The notes: generated by a model not told the origin, from the letters alone. A stretch of 64,000 nucleotides of DNA from Caulobacteraceae bacterium (GCA_035999625.1 DASYGN010000082.1:111-64110), one strand, 5' to 3'. Shown: positions 44,356 through 53,420, counted from the stretch's first letter. Translations and numbers: made by a program.

Positions 44356-45381
44356 CTAGCCCCCGGCCTCGGCCCTGGCGAACGCCGGGCCCTTGCGAGG
44401 AAAGCGCAGCGCTTCGCGCCAGAAGCCCAGTGACCAGCCGAGGTGCATGGTCATCGCCGCCGGCCCGGCGAGCACGGCGGCCGGATCGCGCTTGGCGAGC
44501 GCCAGCGCGGCCCCGGCGAGGCAGCAGCTCGTGGCCCAGGCCAGCGCCGGGATCGCCAGGAGCGGCGCCACCGGGGCGAACGCCAGCGCCGCCAGGGCCG
44601 GGGCGACCAGCAGCGGGGCGAGTTGGCGCAGCTTCGGCCGCTCCCGATGCCGCTTGAGGGTGCGCGCGCGCCCGGCGCCGTAGTTCAGGTATTGGCGAAA
44701 CAGCGCCGCCGGCGAGCCGCGGGGCAAATAGGCCAGGCGCGCCCGGTCGGTCAGCCAGATGCGGCCGCCCAGCCGCCGCAGCCGGGCGTCGAGTTCGGCG
44801 TCCTCGTTGTGGCTGAAGCTTTCGTCATAGCCGCCGGCGGCGCGAAAGGCGGCCAGGTCCATGAGCGCGTGATGGCCATGGTCGACGAATCCCGGCCGCG
44901 GCGCGCGCCGGTGCGCGGCGCCTCCCGCGCCCAGCCAGGAATTCTGCGCGCTGGCCACGCCGCGCTGGAACCCATCCACGCCCTCGCTGCGCATCGACAC
45001 CACCACCGAGACCGCCCCGGTGCGCGTGGCGTCCTCGATCAGGCTCGAGACATAGCCCGGCGGATAGCGACAATGGGCGTCGATGCGCGCGAGCCACCGC
45101 CGGCCAAGGCCGAAGTGGGCCACCGCCAGGTTGATGGCCGCCGATTGAATGCGCTTGGGGTTGCGGATGACGCGCACCCTGGGATCGGTGGCGGCGATCG
45201 CCTGCGCCCGCTCGAAGCCGCCATCCTTGCTGCCGCCATCGGCGATCACCACCAGAGGGTCGGTCCAGCCGGGGTCGTCGAGCACTCGGGCGATCAGGCC
45301 GGGAAGGCGCTCGGCCTCGTTGAGGCAGGGAATGATCGCCAGCGCCGAGCGGGCCATCGGATCGGATGCCGGGGTCTCCAT
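44356..45381 (-). CDS. Glycosyltransferase family 2 (ExoA-like) with C-terminal membrane anchor
   Basis: LAIIPCLNEAERLPGLIARVL...VVIADGGSKDG...DPRVRVIRNPKRIQSAAINLAV resembles succinoglycan ExoA-type GT2 enzymes. The ATG at 45381 overlaps the upstream stop by 1 nt. Confidence 0.8.
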   Translation of the reverse strand: METPASDPMARSALAIIPCLNEAERLPGLIARVLDDPGWTDPLVVIADGGSKDGGFERAQAIAATDPRVRVIRNPKRIQSAAINLAVAHFGLGRRWLARIDAHCRYPPGYVSSLIEDATRTGAVSVVVSMRSEGVDGFQRGVASAQNSWLGAGGAAHRRAPRPGFVDHGHHALMDLAAFRAAGGYDESFSHNEDAELDARLRRLGGRIWLTDRARLAYLPRGSPAALFRQYLNYGAGRARTLKRHRERPKLRQLAPLLVAPALAALAFAPVAPLLAIPALAWATSCCLAGAALALAKRDPAAVLAGPAAMTMHLGWSLGFWREALRFPRKGPAFARAEAGG

Positions 45382-46574
45382 CAGGCGGCCGCCAGGGCGT
45401 GGATCAGGTCCCGGCACGTGTCGGGGGTGGCGACGAACCATTCCTTCGGCGCCGAGGCGCAGCGCTGCTCGAGCGCCTGGTAGCGCGGCGCGTCGAGGTG
45501 GGCGAAGAAGCGGCGCAGTTCGGTGACCGGCTGGGCGACCACGACCCCAAGGCCGCGGCGCTGGAGCCAGCGGGCGGTCTCGCCGCCGGCCAGCGCGATG
45601 GGAACGACGCGCGACTGGCCACCTTCGTAGAGCCGATTGGGCAGCAGCCACTGCGAATTGCCGCCGGCCTGGAAGTGGTCCACCGCCCAGTTGAAATGCA
45701 CGCCGCCATAGAGGCGCGCCAGATCCTCCGGCCGGTAGGCGCCGATGAACCGCATTCCGGGGGCCGCCTCGACCTGGGCGGCGAAGTCGGGAAACTCGCG
45801 CTCCGAGGGCCGCCCCGCGAGCACCACCTCGATCCGCCCCTGGCTGGCGGCGGCGAGGCTGGCGAGTTCGGCGAAGCTTTGCCGGCAGCGCAGAATGCCG
45901 AACCAGCCGATGCGCCAGGGCGGTCCCGGGGGCCGCACCGCCCACCCGGCCGGCGGCGCGACGCATTCGAACACCCGATTCTCCAGGGTGACGACCGGCA
46001 GATCGAAGCGTGCGCCCAATCCCTGCCAGGGTCCGAAATAGGCCCTCACATAGGCCGGCGAGCTCACCACCAGGGCCTGGGTCTGGGCGAGCAGGCTGCG
46101 TTCGAGACGGCGCAGCAGCACACCGGCCGGGCCGGGCGATGTCATCAGCCGGTGGACGTCGAGACATTCGTAGACGAGGCGCGCCCGGGGGGCATGCAGG
46201 CGCCGGGCGAGGGCGGCGATGGTCAGCATCTCCAGATTACGCGCCAGGATGACATCGCAGCCGCGCAGATCGGCGCCCCAGCCGGCGGCGAGGAGGGCCT
46301 GGGCGCCGGTCGCCAACGCCCGCTGCAGCAGAGCGCCATCGTAGCTGCGGCCCAGATCCATCGCCGGCGCTCCGTCAACCTCGCCGATCGCCTGATCGGT
46401 GCGCCGGAAGCCGAACAGCCGCACCTCCGCGCCGGCCACGTGCAGCATCCTGACCCGGCGGACCACCCCCTGGTCCGAGAGGTCGTGGGCCAGATAGGCG
46501 ACGCGCGGCGCCGGCCCGCCGGGCGCCAGCGCCGGGTGGGAGAGGACCTCGGAGAGGGGTTGACCGCCGTCCAT
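45381..46574 (-). CDS. Putative GT-B fold glycosyltransferase (ExoL-like?)
   Basis: 397-aa ORF in operon position between two GT genes, with good coding appearance (RVAYLAHDLSDQGVVRRVRML...). I cannot point to a diagnostic motif, so the assignment rests on context and general resemblance only. Confidence 0.5.
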   Translation of the reverse strand: MDGGQPLSEVLSHPALAPGGPAPRVAYLAHDLSDQGVVRRVRMLHVAGAEVRLFGFRRTDQAIGEVDGAPAMDLGRSYDGALLQRALATGAQALLAAGWGADLRGCDVILARNLEMLTIAALARRLHAPRARLVYECLDVHRLMTSPGPAGVLLRRLERSLLAQTQALVVSSPAYVRAYFGPWQGLGARFDLPVVTLENRVFECVAPPAGWAVRPPGPPWRIGWFGILRCRQSFAELASLAAASQGRIEVVLAGRPSEREFPDFAAQVEAAPGMRFIGAYRPEDLARLYGGVHFNWAVDHFQAGGNSQWLLPNRLYEGGQSRVVPIALAGGETARWLQRRGLGVVVAQPVTELRRFFAHLDAPRYQALEQRCASAPKEWFVATPDTCRDLIHALAAA

Positions 46575-46580
46575 GTCGGC

Positions 46581-48845
46581 TCAGGCCCTGGCCAACAGGG
46601 CCGGTTCCGGCCGTGCGGTGGCCGTTGGCGCCGGAGGCCCAAGCGGGCGCGCCCCGGCGCAGCCCTGCAGCCAGCGGTCGAAGGCGACGCCGGCGATCTC
46701 GGCCGAAAACCGCGCTCGCACCACCTCCAGGGCGCGGGTCCCCATGGCTGTCCGCGCCGCCCGATCGGCGAGCAGCCGCAGCACCGCCTCGGCGAACGCC
46801 ACCGGATCATCGGCCACAGCCACCGCCGAAGCGGTCTCCTCTTCCACCCCCTGGAGGGTGACCGAGGTCACCACGCAGGCCTTGCCCTGAGCCAGGGCTT
46901 CGACCAGCTTGACCTTGAGGCCGGAGCCGGAGAGCAGCGGCGAAACCACGACTGCCGCGTCCCCATAGAGACGGTCGAGATTGTCGACATAACCCAGGTA
47001 GCGCACCCCGGCGGGCGGCGGCGGGCGGCCGCGGCAGACGCTGCCGGCGACGAGGAGCGTAGCCTTCGGGCAGGTGGCGCGTATGCGCGGCCAAACGGCC
47101 TCCAGCATCCAGTCCACGGCCTCGCTGTTGGACGCGGCGTTGCCGCCGACAAAGAGGACGTGCTGTCCATCGCCCGGGCGGGGGGCCGGGACCGCCGTGG
47201 CCGAGATCGGCGTCACCACCAGTTCGTGGGTGGAGGCCAGTTCGGCGATGTCGGCCGCTTCGGTCTTCTGGATGGCGATGATCGTCTGGGCCCGGGCCAG
47301 GAGTTCGAGCTCCTCACGTCGGTCGATCACCGGTGCGCCAACCGGCGGCGCGCCGAACAGGGCCAGCCGCCGATGCCACAGATCGTGCATGATCACCGCT
47401 GTCCGGGCGGCGGGGGCCAGCGCATAGGCCAGGGCCTCGGTCTGCCAGGCGTAGTCGGCGATCACCGCGACGGGCCGGCAACGAAGGGCCCTGGCGACAT
47501 ACAGCCGATCGGCGCTCGACCAGGGCGCCGCCGGGGCGAACGGCGCCGGCTTTGCGCCCAGCCAGGCGGCGGGCAGGCCAAGCCGGGTCAGCAGCGCCGC
47601 CAGCGCCCCGATTGCCGCCGCCGCGTAGACCCCGGGATCGCGCGCGAACACCCAGCGGCCAAGGCGGATGAGGCCGCGGTGGCGGATGGTCTCGAACACC
47701 GCCATCTCGCGCTTGAGGCGCAGCACCGGCCAGCGGCCGAGAACGTCTGGCGAAGGCTGCAGCAGTTTCGGCGTCAGGCCGGCCCGCCGGACGGCGGCGG
47801 CGATGTCGAGCAGATAGACCGAGCTGCCGTTGGCGCGGCCGACCAGTCGCTGGCGGGAGATGAACCACACCTCGTCGCGTGGCGCGATGCGGCCTGGCGG
47901 CGCCAGACGCTGCGCCAGCCGCCTGATCAGACCGGCCGCCGGCATGCGGAACAGCAGCGCCGATTGGGGACGGGAGAGGATGGTGCGTGCGGCCGCCCAC
48001 GGACGCCTGGCCTTGAGCGCGGCGATGGCGTCGGTGAACGCCTGGGCGTTGGCGATCGCCGCCAGCCGCTGATCGATGACCGGGACAAGGCCGGGCCGGT
48101 CGGCGAGCGCCACCCGCCGCCGCTGTTCGGCGTCAGCGATCGTCCGCAGGGCCTCGCCGCTCAGCCGGTGCGACTGCGACCCCGCGTGTCGCCGGTAGAA
48201 ATAGCCGAGGAACGGATCGATGCGGCAGCTGAGGCCGGCCGCGAGCAGGCGGATCAGCAGGTCCTGGTCCTCGACGAGGCCGAGGGTTTCATCGTAACGC
48301 ACGCCGCTGCGCCGCCAGTCGGCCAGCCGGATCATCGGCTTGAGGTAGCCAAGGTCTGGACCGGGGCCGAACAGCCGGCTCGCCGCCAGCATCTCGCCAA
48401 GGGTCAGCCAGGTTGGCGCCGCGGCGCGCCGGCCGCGAAGGAATCGTTGGGGGCGGCTGCGCTGGTCGTCAGCGAAAATCAGCAGATCGTCGGCGATGAT
48501 CTGCGCATCGTCGGCGCGGGCTCGCGCCATCAGCCGGGCGAGCCGCGCGGGGTGCATCAGATCGTCGGCGTCGAGCACCGCCAGCCATTCGCCGCGCGCC
48601 ATTTCCAGGGCCAGGTTGCGGGCCGCGCCCGGGCCGTGCTGTGCATGCAGGCGGGCGATGCGCACGCGCCCGTCGTGGCTGGCGATCGCCTCGGCCCTGG
48701 CCACGCTGTCGTCGGTGGAGGCGTCGTCGACGAGGATGACCTCGATGGCGCTCAGGTCCTGCGCCAGCGCCGAGGCGATCGCCGCTTCAAGGAAGCGCGC
48801 GCCATTATGGTTGGCGATCGCGATCGACACCGTCGGAGAGATCAT
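46581..48845 (-). CDS. Bifunctional glycosyltransferase: N-terminal GT2 fused to C-terminal GT4/GT1-type domain
   Basis: N-terminal VSIAIANHNGARFLEAAIASALAQ...ILVDDASTDDS...LDADD (GT2). C-terminal FVGGNAASN...SPLLSGSGLKVKLVEALAQGKACVVTS (GT-B E-x7-E-like). The start is ATG 48845 or GTG 48869. Confidence 0.8.
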   Translation of the reverse strand: MISPTVSIAIANHNGARFLEAAIASALAQDLSAIEVILVDDASTDDSVARAEAIASHDGRVRIARLHAQHGPGAARNLALEMARGEWLAVLDADDLMHPARLARLMARARADDAQIIADDLLIFADDQRSRPQRFLRGRRAAAPTWLTLGEMLAASRLFGPGPDLGYLKPMIRLADWRRSGVRYDETLGLVEDQDLLIRLLAAGLSCRIDPFLGYFYRRHAGSQSHRLSGEALRTIADAEQRRRVALADRPGLVPVIDQRLAAIANAQAFTDAIAALKARRPWAAARTILSRPQSALLFRMPAAGLIRRLAQRLAPPGRIAPRDEVWFISRQRLVGRANGSSVYLLDIAAAVRRAGLTPKLLQPSPDVLGRWPVLRLKREMAVFETIRHRGLIRLGRWVFARDPGVYAAAAIGALAALLTRLGLPAAWLGAKPAPFAPAAPWSSADRLYVARALRCRPVAVIADYAWQTEALAYALAPAARTAVIMHDLWHRRLALFGAPPVGAPVIDRREELELLARAQTIIAIQKTEAADIAELASTHELVVTPISATAVPAPRPGDGQHVLFVGGNAASNSEAVDWMLEAVWPRIRATCPKATLLVAGSVCRGRPPPPAGVRYLGYVDNLDRLYGDAAVVVSPLLSGSGLKVKLVEALAQGKACVVTSVTLQGVEEETASAVAVADDPVAFAEAVLRLLADRAARTAMGTRALEVVRARFSAEIAGVAFDRWLQGCAGARPLGPPAPTATARPEPALLARA

Positions 48846-48998
48846 TCGGGTCACACCCCACGCCAGCACACGGCGCTCATTGGTAGCTCTGCCAAAGTTC
48901 GTCAGACGCGCTCCGGTTCCCGGTCAGCAACTGGCGAAGGCGCCGGGCGTTCGATTAGCCGGGCGCGGGTGGTCGCGCGGTTCGCGTCGGTTGGCGGC

Positions 48999-50072
48999 AT
49001 GCTGGTCAATGTCCAGGCCCTGAGAGCGGTGGCCGCCTTTCTGGTGGTGTTCGTGCACCTCCAGGCGCTGGCCCTGCTGCTCGGCTGGGGTCCGAACGCC
49101 TTTGTTTTCGGCAATTCCGGCGTCGATCTGTTCTTCGTCATCAGCGGCGCGATCATGGTTGTCACCGTGCGCCGCCGGCCGCAGGGCCCGCAGACCTTCC
49201 TCGCCAACCGCATCGCCCGCATCGCGCCGCTCTACTGGCTGATCACCGCGGTGGTGTTCTGCGCCGCGCAAGTCGCCCCCTCGCTGTTCGACGCCACCCA
49301 TCCCGACGGCGTGGCGCTGGCCAAGTCGCTGTTCTTCATCCCCTTCCAGCGGGCCGACGGGCGCATGGCCCCGGTGGTCTTCGTCGGCTGGACGCTCAAC
49401 TATGAGATGGCCTTCTATCTGCTGTTCGCCGCCGGCTTGGCGTTCCGGCGCTGGCAGGCTGGCGTGGCCGTGGTCCTTGGCCTGCTGCTGAGCGCGGTCA
49501 TCGCCGGCCTGCTGGCCCATCCGGCGGGCGGCCTGGCTCGTTTCTACACGGCCCCCCTGGTGCTGGAATTCGGCCTGGGGATGATCATCGGCGGGGCGAT
49601 CGGGCGCCTGAACGCCGTCCGCGCGCCCACAGCCCTCGTCCTTGTCGTCGACGCCGTGATGGCCGGCGCGATTCTGACCGGCCCGGTGCTGTGGCCACAG
49701 GCGGACCGTTTTGTCGCCTTCGGACTGCCCAGCGCCATCCTGGTGCTGTCGGCCATCCACCTTGAGGAGACAGGACGCGTTGTCCGCTCGCCGTGGGCGC
49801 GGCGGTTGGGCGATGCCAGCTATTCGACCTACCTCTCGCATTTTTTCGTCACCCAGGCGGTGATCAAGACCGCCGTGGTCCTCGGCCTCGCGGCGCCGCT
49901 GGCCATCGGCCTGCTGATTCCGGTGATCTTCGTGCTGGTGGCCGCCGCCGGGCTCGCCACCTACGCGATGGCCGAACGGCCGCTGATCGGCTGGAGCAAG
50001 CGGCTGCTGCGTCGCGCCGGTGGCGCGGCTCCAGTTGTGACCGCTTCGGTTGCGGTCAAGGTGGAACCTTAA
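48999..50072 (+). CDS. Acyltransferase family 3 membrane protein (ExoZ/ExoH-like O-acyltransferase)
   Basis: LRAVAAFLVVFVHL...GNSGVDLFFVISGAIM is the acyltransferase_3 signature, with about 10 TM helices. It is the 3' part of a 1568-aa shadow ORF. The ATG at 48999 is chosen. Confidence 0.85.
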   Translation: MLVNVQALRAVAAFLVVFVHLQALALLLGWGPNAFVFGNSGVDLFFVISGAIMVVTVRRRPQGPQTFLANRIARIAPLYWLITAVVFCAAQVAPSLFDATHPDGVALAKSLFFIPFQRADGRMAPVVFVGWTLNYEMAFYLLFAAGLAFRRWQAGVAVVLGLLLSAVIAGLLAHPAGGLARFYTAPLVLEFGLGMIIGGAIGRLNAVRAPTALVLVVDAVMAGAILTGPVLWPQADRFVAFGLPSAILVLSAIHLEETGRVVRSPWARRLGDASYSTYLSHFFVTQAVIKTAVVLGLAAPLAIGLLIPVIFVLVAAAGLATYAMAERPLIGWSKRLLRRAGGAAPVVTASVAVKVEP

Positions 50073-50132
50073 GGATAGGGCGGACATTGACGCCGAAGGT
50101 TAGCTGTTCAATCCACCGGGATCCCTCGATAG

Positions 50133-50813
50133 ATGTTGAACTTCGCCCTTGTCGATGGTTCCGCGCATGGCTCAGCTTTGCGCACCAGGCAAAAGAGCTA
50201 TCAACAGGACCAGGTCGTATCGACCTTCAATTTTGTATTGTCGTTGACGATCCTGTTGCTATTGATCCCGTTACTGGTGATCGTGGCGACCGCCATCTAT
50301 CTACAAGACGGCGGTCCGGTTCTGTTCAGTCAGGAGCGAGTCGGTCGCCGAGGCCGAACCTTCCGCTGCCTGAAATTCCGTACCATGACGGTCAACGCGG
50401 AGTCGCGGCTGGAGCGCCTGTTGGCCACCGACCCGCGCGCCCGCGCCGAGTGGGCGAAGGACCAGAAGTTGCGCCAGGATCCCCGCATCACCCGCCTGGG
50501 CGCGATCCTGCGCAAGTCAAGCCTCGACGAGCTGCCGCAGCTGGTCAACGTGCTGCGCGGCGAGATGAGCCTGGTCGGCCCACGCCCCATCGTTCAGGCG
50601 GAGGTCTGCCGCTACGGCCGGCGCATCGCCTACTATCAGGCGGTCAAGCCCGGGATCACCGGTCTGTGGCAGGTGAGCGGCCGCAACGACATCGATTATC
50701 GCCGCCGGGTGGCCATGGATTGCCTCTATGTGCGCAAGAAGAGCCTGGCCTATGACGGCTGGTTGCTGGTGCGCACAATTCCCGCCGTGCTCATTCGCCG
50801 CGGCTGCTATTAG
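50133..50813 (+). CDS. Undecaprenyl-phosphate hexose-1-phosphate transferase (bacterial sugar transferase, ExoY-like)
   Basis: One N-terminal TM, then PVLFSQERVGRRGRTFRCLKFRTM...DELPQLVNVLRGEMSLVGPRP, the canonical Bac_transf motifs. Confidence 0.9.
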   Translation: MLNFALVDGSAHGSALRTRQKSYQQDQVVSTFNFVLSLTILLLLIPLLVIVATAIYLQDGGPVLFSQERVGRRGRTFRCLKFRTMTVNAESRLERLLATDPRARAEWAKDQKLRQDPRITRLGAILRKSSLDELPQLVNVLRGEMSLVGPRPIVQAEVCRYGRRIAYYQAVKPGITGLWQVSGRNDIDYRRRVAMDCLYVRKKSLAYDGWLLVRTIPAVLIRRGCY

Positions 50814-50939
50814 GCCGCACACGCTGGCGCAAATCCCGCTGGGCGCCGGCCTCCGGTTGTGCTTCCATGCCGCCGCGCCGCAAGGGTGCGGCGTGGGATG
50901 TGGTGAGCACCGGTGGTCTACGCGCACAGCTTGGGATGG

Positions 50940-51068
50940 ATGTCCGACAAAGAGCGCTCCGAGCAGCCAGGCAAGATCTGGTTCAACTGGCCGTTGGTTC
51001 TTGGGCTAGTGATTAACTTCGCCATCCTGGCGGCCATCGCCTACTGGCTCCTCCACCGCGCCGCCTAG
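50940..51068 (+). CDS. Candidate 42-aa single-pass membrane peptide (below the ORF-track cutoff)
   Basis: The ATG at 50940 gives MSDKERSEQPGKIWFNWPLVLGLVINFAILAAIAYWLLHRAA, with TAG at 51066-51068: a polar head plus one clean TM helix. It overlaps the 3' end of the convergent ORF 51006-51746 by 63 nt, so only one of the two tails may be real. Confidence 0.3.
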   Translation: MSDKERSEQPGKIWFNWPLVLGLVINFAILAAIAYWLLHRAA

Positions 51069-51746
51069 ACGCTCGTAAGGGAATCCGTAAGCGGGGGTCA
51101 GCCGATCCCGGTGGTCAGGCCGCCGGTGATGGCGCCGCTGCGCGACCGCATGATGATGGTGGTGGCGATGATGGGCGGCGGCGACAGGGCGTCGGGCATG
51201 GGCCGTGGCGCGAACGCGCGGACGATGAAGGCGATGGTGGCCGACCGCCGGGTGGCGAACCCTGGGGCGCATCGGGGCCAGGGCCGGGGGCGCCGGGCTC
51301 AGGCTGGGCGCAGCGAGATGCTCCGGCGCGGGCGGTTGCGCGACGATCGCCGGGGGCCGGGCCGCGTGAACCGCCGGCAGCCGGCCAAGGCCCAGCCCGG
51401 CGGCGGCGACGCCGATCGCGCCGGCGGCGAGCACCAGCGCCAGGCTCCAGGCGGACAGGCGGCCCGAACCGGGGCTTGGTTCTTGCGCCGCCGTTGACCA
51501 GGGCGAGGCGGGCGGCGCCGGCGCGCCGATCTCGACGGGCGCGGCGCTTGGATTTCGCCGCGCCGGCCGCTCCGCCGGAACCGGCTCGAGGGCCATCAGC
51601 TGATCGCAGGTGGCGCAATAGCGGCGCCAGGCCGGGTTGGCCCCGCCGCACCGCGGACAAGGGATGGTGGCCCGGCTGACCTCGAACGCGTCCTCGCTCG
51701 GCGCCGGCGAAAGCGTGGCTGAAAGACTGTTTGCCTGGTCAACCAT
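51006..51746 (-). CDS. Zinc-ribbon membrane protein with Pro/Ala-rich and His-rich extracytoplasmic tail
   Basis: From the ATG at 51746: MVDQANS...CPRCGGANPAWRRYCATCDQ (CxxC-x10-CxxC zinc ribbon), a Pro-rich spacer, TM LSAWSLALVLAAGAIGVAAAGLGLG, then a Pro/Ala-rich region and HHRHHHHH. The low-complexity tail lowers confidence. Confidence 0.45.
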   Translation of the reverse strand: MVDQANSLSATLSPAPSEDAFEVSRATIPCPRCGGANPAWRRYCATCDQLMALEPVPAERPARRNPSAAPVEIGAPAPPASPWSTAAQEPSPGSGRLSAWSLALVLAAGAIGVAAAGLGLGRLPAVHAARPPAIVAQPPAPEHLAAPSLSPAPPALAPMRPRVRHPAVGHHRLHRPRVRATAHARRPVAAAHHRHHHHHAVAQRRHHRRPDHRDRLTPAYGFPYERLGGAVEEPVGDGRQDGEVNH

Positions 51747-51929
51747 TCTCGCCGCTCGCGGGGCTGTTTCGGCTCGCCGCTTGTTAACGCCAGCGCCAAC
51801 CCCCTGTTCCGGCGCACCCCGCCAAGCCCCGCTAAGCCCCGCTCCGGACGGCGGAACGAACTGGCGCCCGGTCACGTTGCAGAGAGGCGTCGAGAGCCGT
51901 TGATCGGGGAAGCCAGGGTGAGGGGAAAA

Positions 51930-52136
51930 ATGAGTTCTGCCATCATGGTGAGCCGGGTCGAGCACGGTTGGACCTGGGCGGTGATCAATGACGCCGGCGA
52001 GACGACCGCCTGCGGCGCCGCCCACGACCAAGCCTTCGCCATGGCCGCCGCGCGGCGGATATCTCGCCTCGCCGAAGCCGGCCCCGGCAATGACCACACC
52101 GCCCTCGGCCACGCCGGCGAACGGCATGGACGCTGA
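51930..52136 (+). CDS. Small hypothetical protein (68 aa) at the head of the NRPS operon
   Basis: The ATG at 51930 is preceded by GAGGGGAAAAA (a strong SD). The translation MSSAIMVSRVEHGWTWAVINDAGETTACGAAHDQAFAMAAARRI looks like a folded small domain. It ends 33 nt before the next gene. Confidence 0.4.
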   Translation: MSSAIMVSRVEHGWTWAVINDAGETTACGAAHDQAFAMAAARRISRLAEAGPGNDHTALGHAGERHGR

Positions 52137-52169
52137 AACCACACCAGACCGCCTTCGGGAGTTGGGACA

Positions 52170-53420
52170 TTGATCGGATTAGCGATTATCGGCGCGGGCC
52201 CCTACGGCCTTTCCCTCGCCGCGCACCTGCGCGCCGCCGGGGTGTCGTTCCGGATCTACGGCCGGGCGATGGAGTCGTGGGAAGCCTTCATGCCGCCCGG
52301 CATGCAACTGAAGTCGCATCCATGGTCGTCGAACCTGTCGGCTCCCGGCGAGGGCTACACCCTGCAGGACTATTGCCGCGAGCAGGGTGTCGCCTATGAC
52401 CACGCGCTGCTGATGGTTTCCCGTGAACTGTTCATCGGCTACGGGCGGGCGTTTCAGCAACGGTACGCCGCCGACCTGGCGGACAAGACCCTGCAGCGTC
52501 TGGAGCCGGTCGCGGGCGGCTTCCGCCTGACCTTCGCCGACGGCGATGTCAGCGAGGCGCGACGAGTGGTCGTGGCCACCGGCATCCGTCCGTTCGCCTA
52601 CACGCCGCCGGTGCTGGCGGCCCTGCCCGAGGGCCGCGTGAGCCATAGCGCCGACTACGGCCCGCTGGACGCCATGGTCGGGCGCCGCGTGGCGGTGGTC
52701 GGCGGCGGGGCTTCGGCGATCGATCTGACGGTCCTGCTGCGCGAGGCCGGAGCCGAACCGACCCTGGTGGCGCGCACCAAGGCGCTGGCTTTCCTGCCAC
52801 CCGCCTCGCCTTTGCCGCGCTCGGCGCTCAAGGCGGCGCTGAAACCCAATTCGGGGCTGGGAACGGGCTGGTATCTGTGGCTGTGCGCCAACGCCCCGCA
52901 GGTAATGCACGCCTTGCCGGGGCCGCTCCGCCGGCATCTGGTTCGCCACACCCTGGGACCGCTGGCCGGACCCGGCTTGCGGGAACGCCTGGCCGGTACG
53001 CCGACCTACCTCGGGCGCGATCTCGCGGCTGTCGAATCTGGTAAAGACCGTATACGGATCAGTTTTGCCGGAACTTCGGCGCCGCCGCCCATCGAAGTCG
53101 AGCACGTTATCGCCGCCACCGGCTATCGGACCGATCTCGGCCGGCTCGATTTCCTGCCGCCGAAGCTGCGGGTCGACATTCGCACCGCCGGTGGCGCGCC
53201 GCTGCTGAACGCCGCCTACGAGAGTTCGGTCCCCGGGCTACATTTCATCGGCGCCGCGGCGGCGCCCAGCCATGGCCCGGTGGCCCGGTTCGTCTATGGC
53301 GTCGAGCACGCCGCCCAGACCCTGACGCGGCGCTTCGCGCACCAGCGGCGGAACCGGCCATCGAGCGCCCCGGCGCCGATCGCCGCTCCGGCCGCGGGTC
53401 TGCAAAGCCGCGCCCGCTGA
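52170..53420 (+). CDS. FAD/NAD(P)-binding flavoprotein monooxygenase-like oxidoreductase
   Basis: IIGAGPYGLS (first GxGxxG, at the very N-terminus, fixing the TTG start at 52170), RVAVVGGGASAIDL (second dinucleotide fold), and VIAATGYRTD (ATG motif of class B/N-hydroxylating flavin monooxygenases). Confidence 0.7.
   Translation: MIGLAIIGAGPYGLSLAAHLRAAGVSFRIYGRAMESWEAFMPPGMQLKSHPWSSNLSAPGEGYTLQDYCREQGVAYDHALLMVSRELFIGYGRAFQQRYAADLADKTLQRLEPVAGGFRLTFADGDVSEARRVVVATGIRPFAYTPPVLAALPEGRVSHSADYGPLDAMVGRRVAVVGGGASAIDLTVLLREAGAEPTLVARTKALAFLPPASPLPRSALKAALKPNSGLGTGWYLWLCANAPQVMHALPGPLRRHLVRHTLGPLAGPGLRERLAGTPTYLGRDLAAVESGKDRIRISFAGTSAPPPIEVEHVIAATGYRTDLGRLDFLPPKLRVDIRTAGGAPLLNAAYESSVPGLHFIGAAAAPSHGPVARFVYGVEHAAQTLTRRFAHQRRNRPSSAPAPIAAPAAGLQSRAR

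Noticed and set aside
45366-50072. 1568-aa ORF on the plus strand, the longest in the window
   Set aside because: Only its last 358 codons (from ATG 48999) look like a real protein (acyltransferase_3). The upstream ~1200 codons are antisense to three well-supported glycosyltransferase genes, and they translate to Arg/Gly/Pro/Ala-rich low-complexity sequence typical of stop-free shadow frames in high-GC DNA.
51930-52136. Small ORF at the head of the NRPS operon as an MbtH-like protein
   Set aside because: The size (68 aa) fits, but the sequence lacks the conserved MbtH signature (the N-x-E-x-Q-x-S-x-W-P ... P-x-G-W pattern with three invariant Trp). It is kept only as a hypothetical protein.
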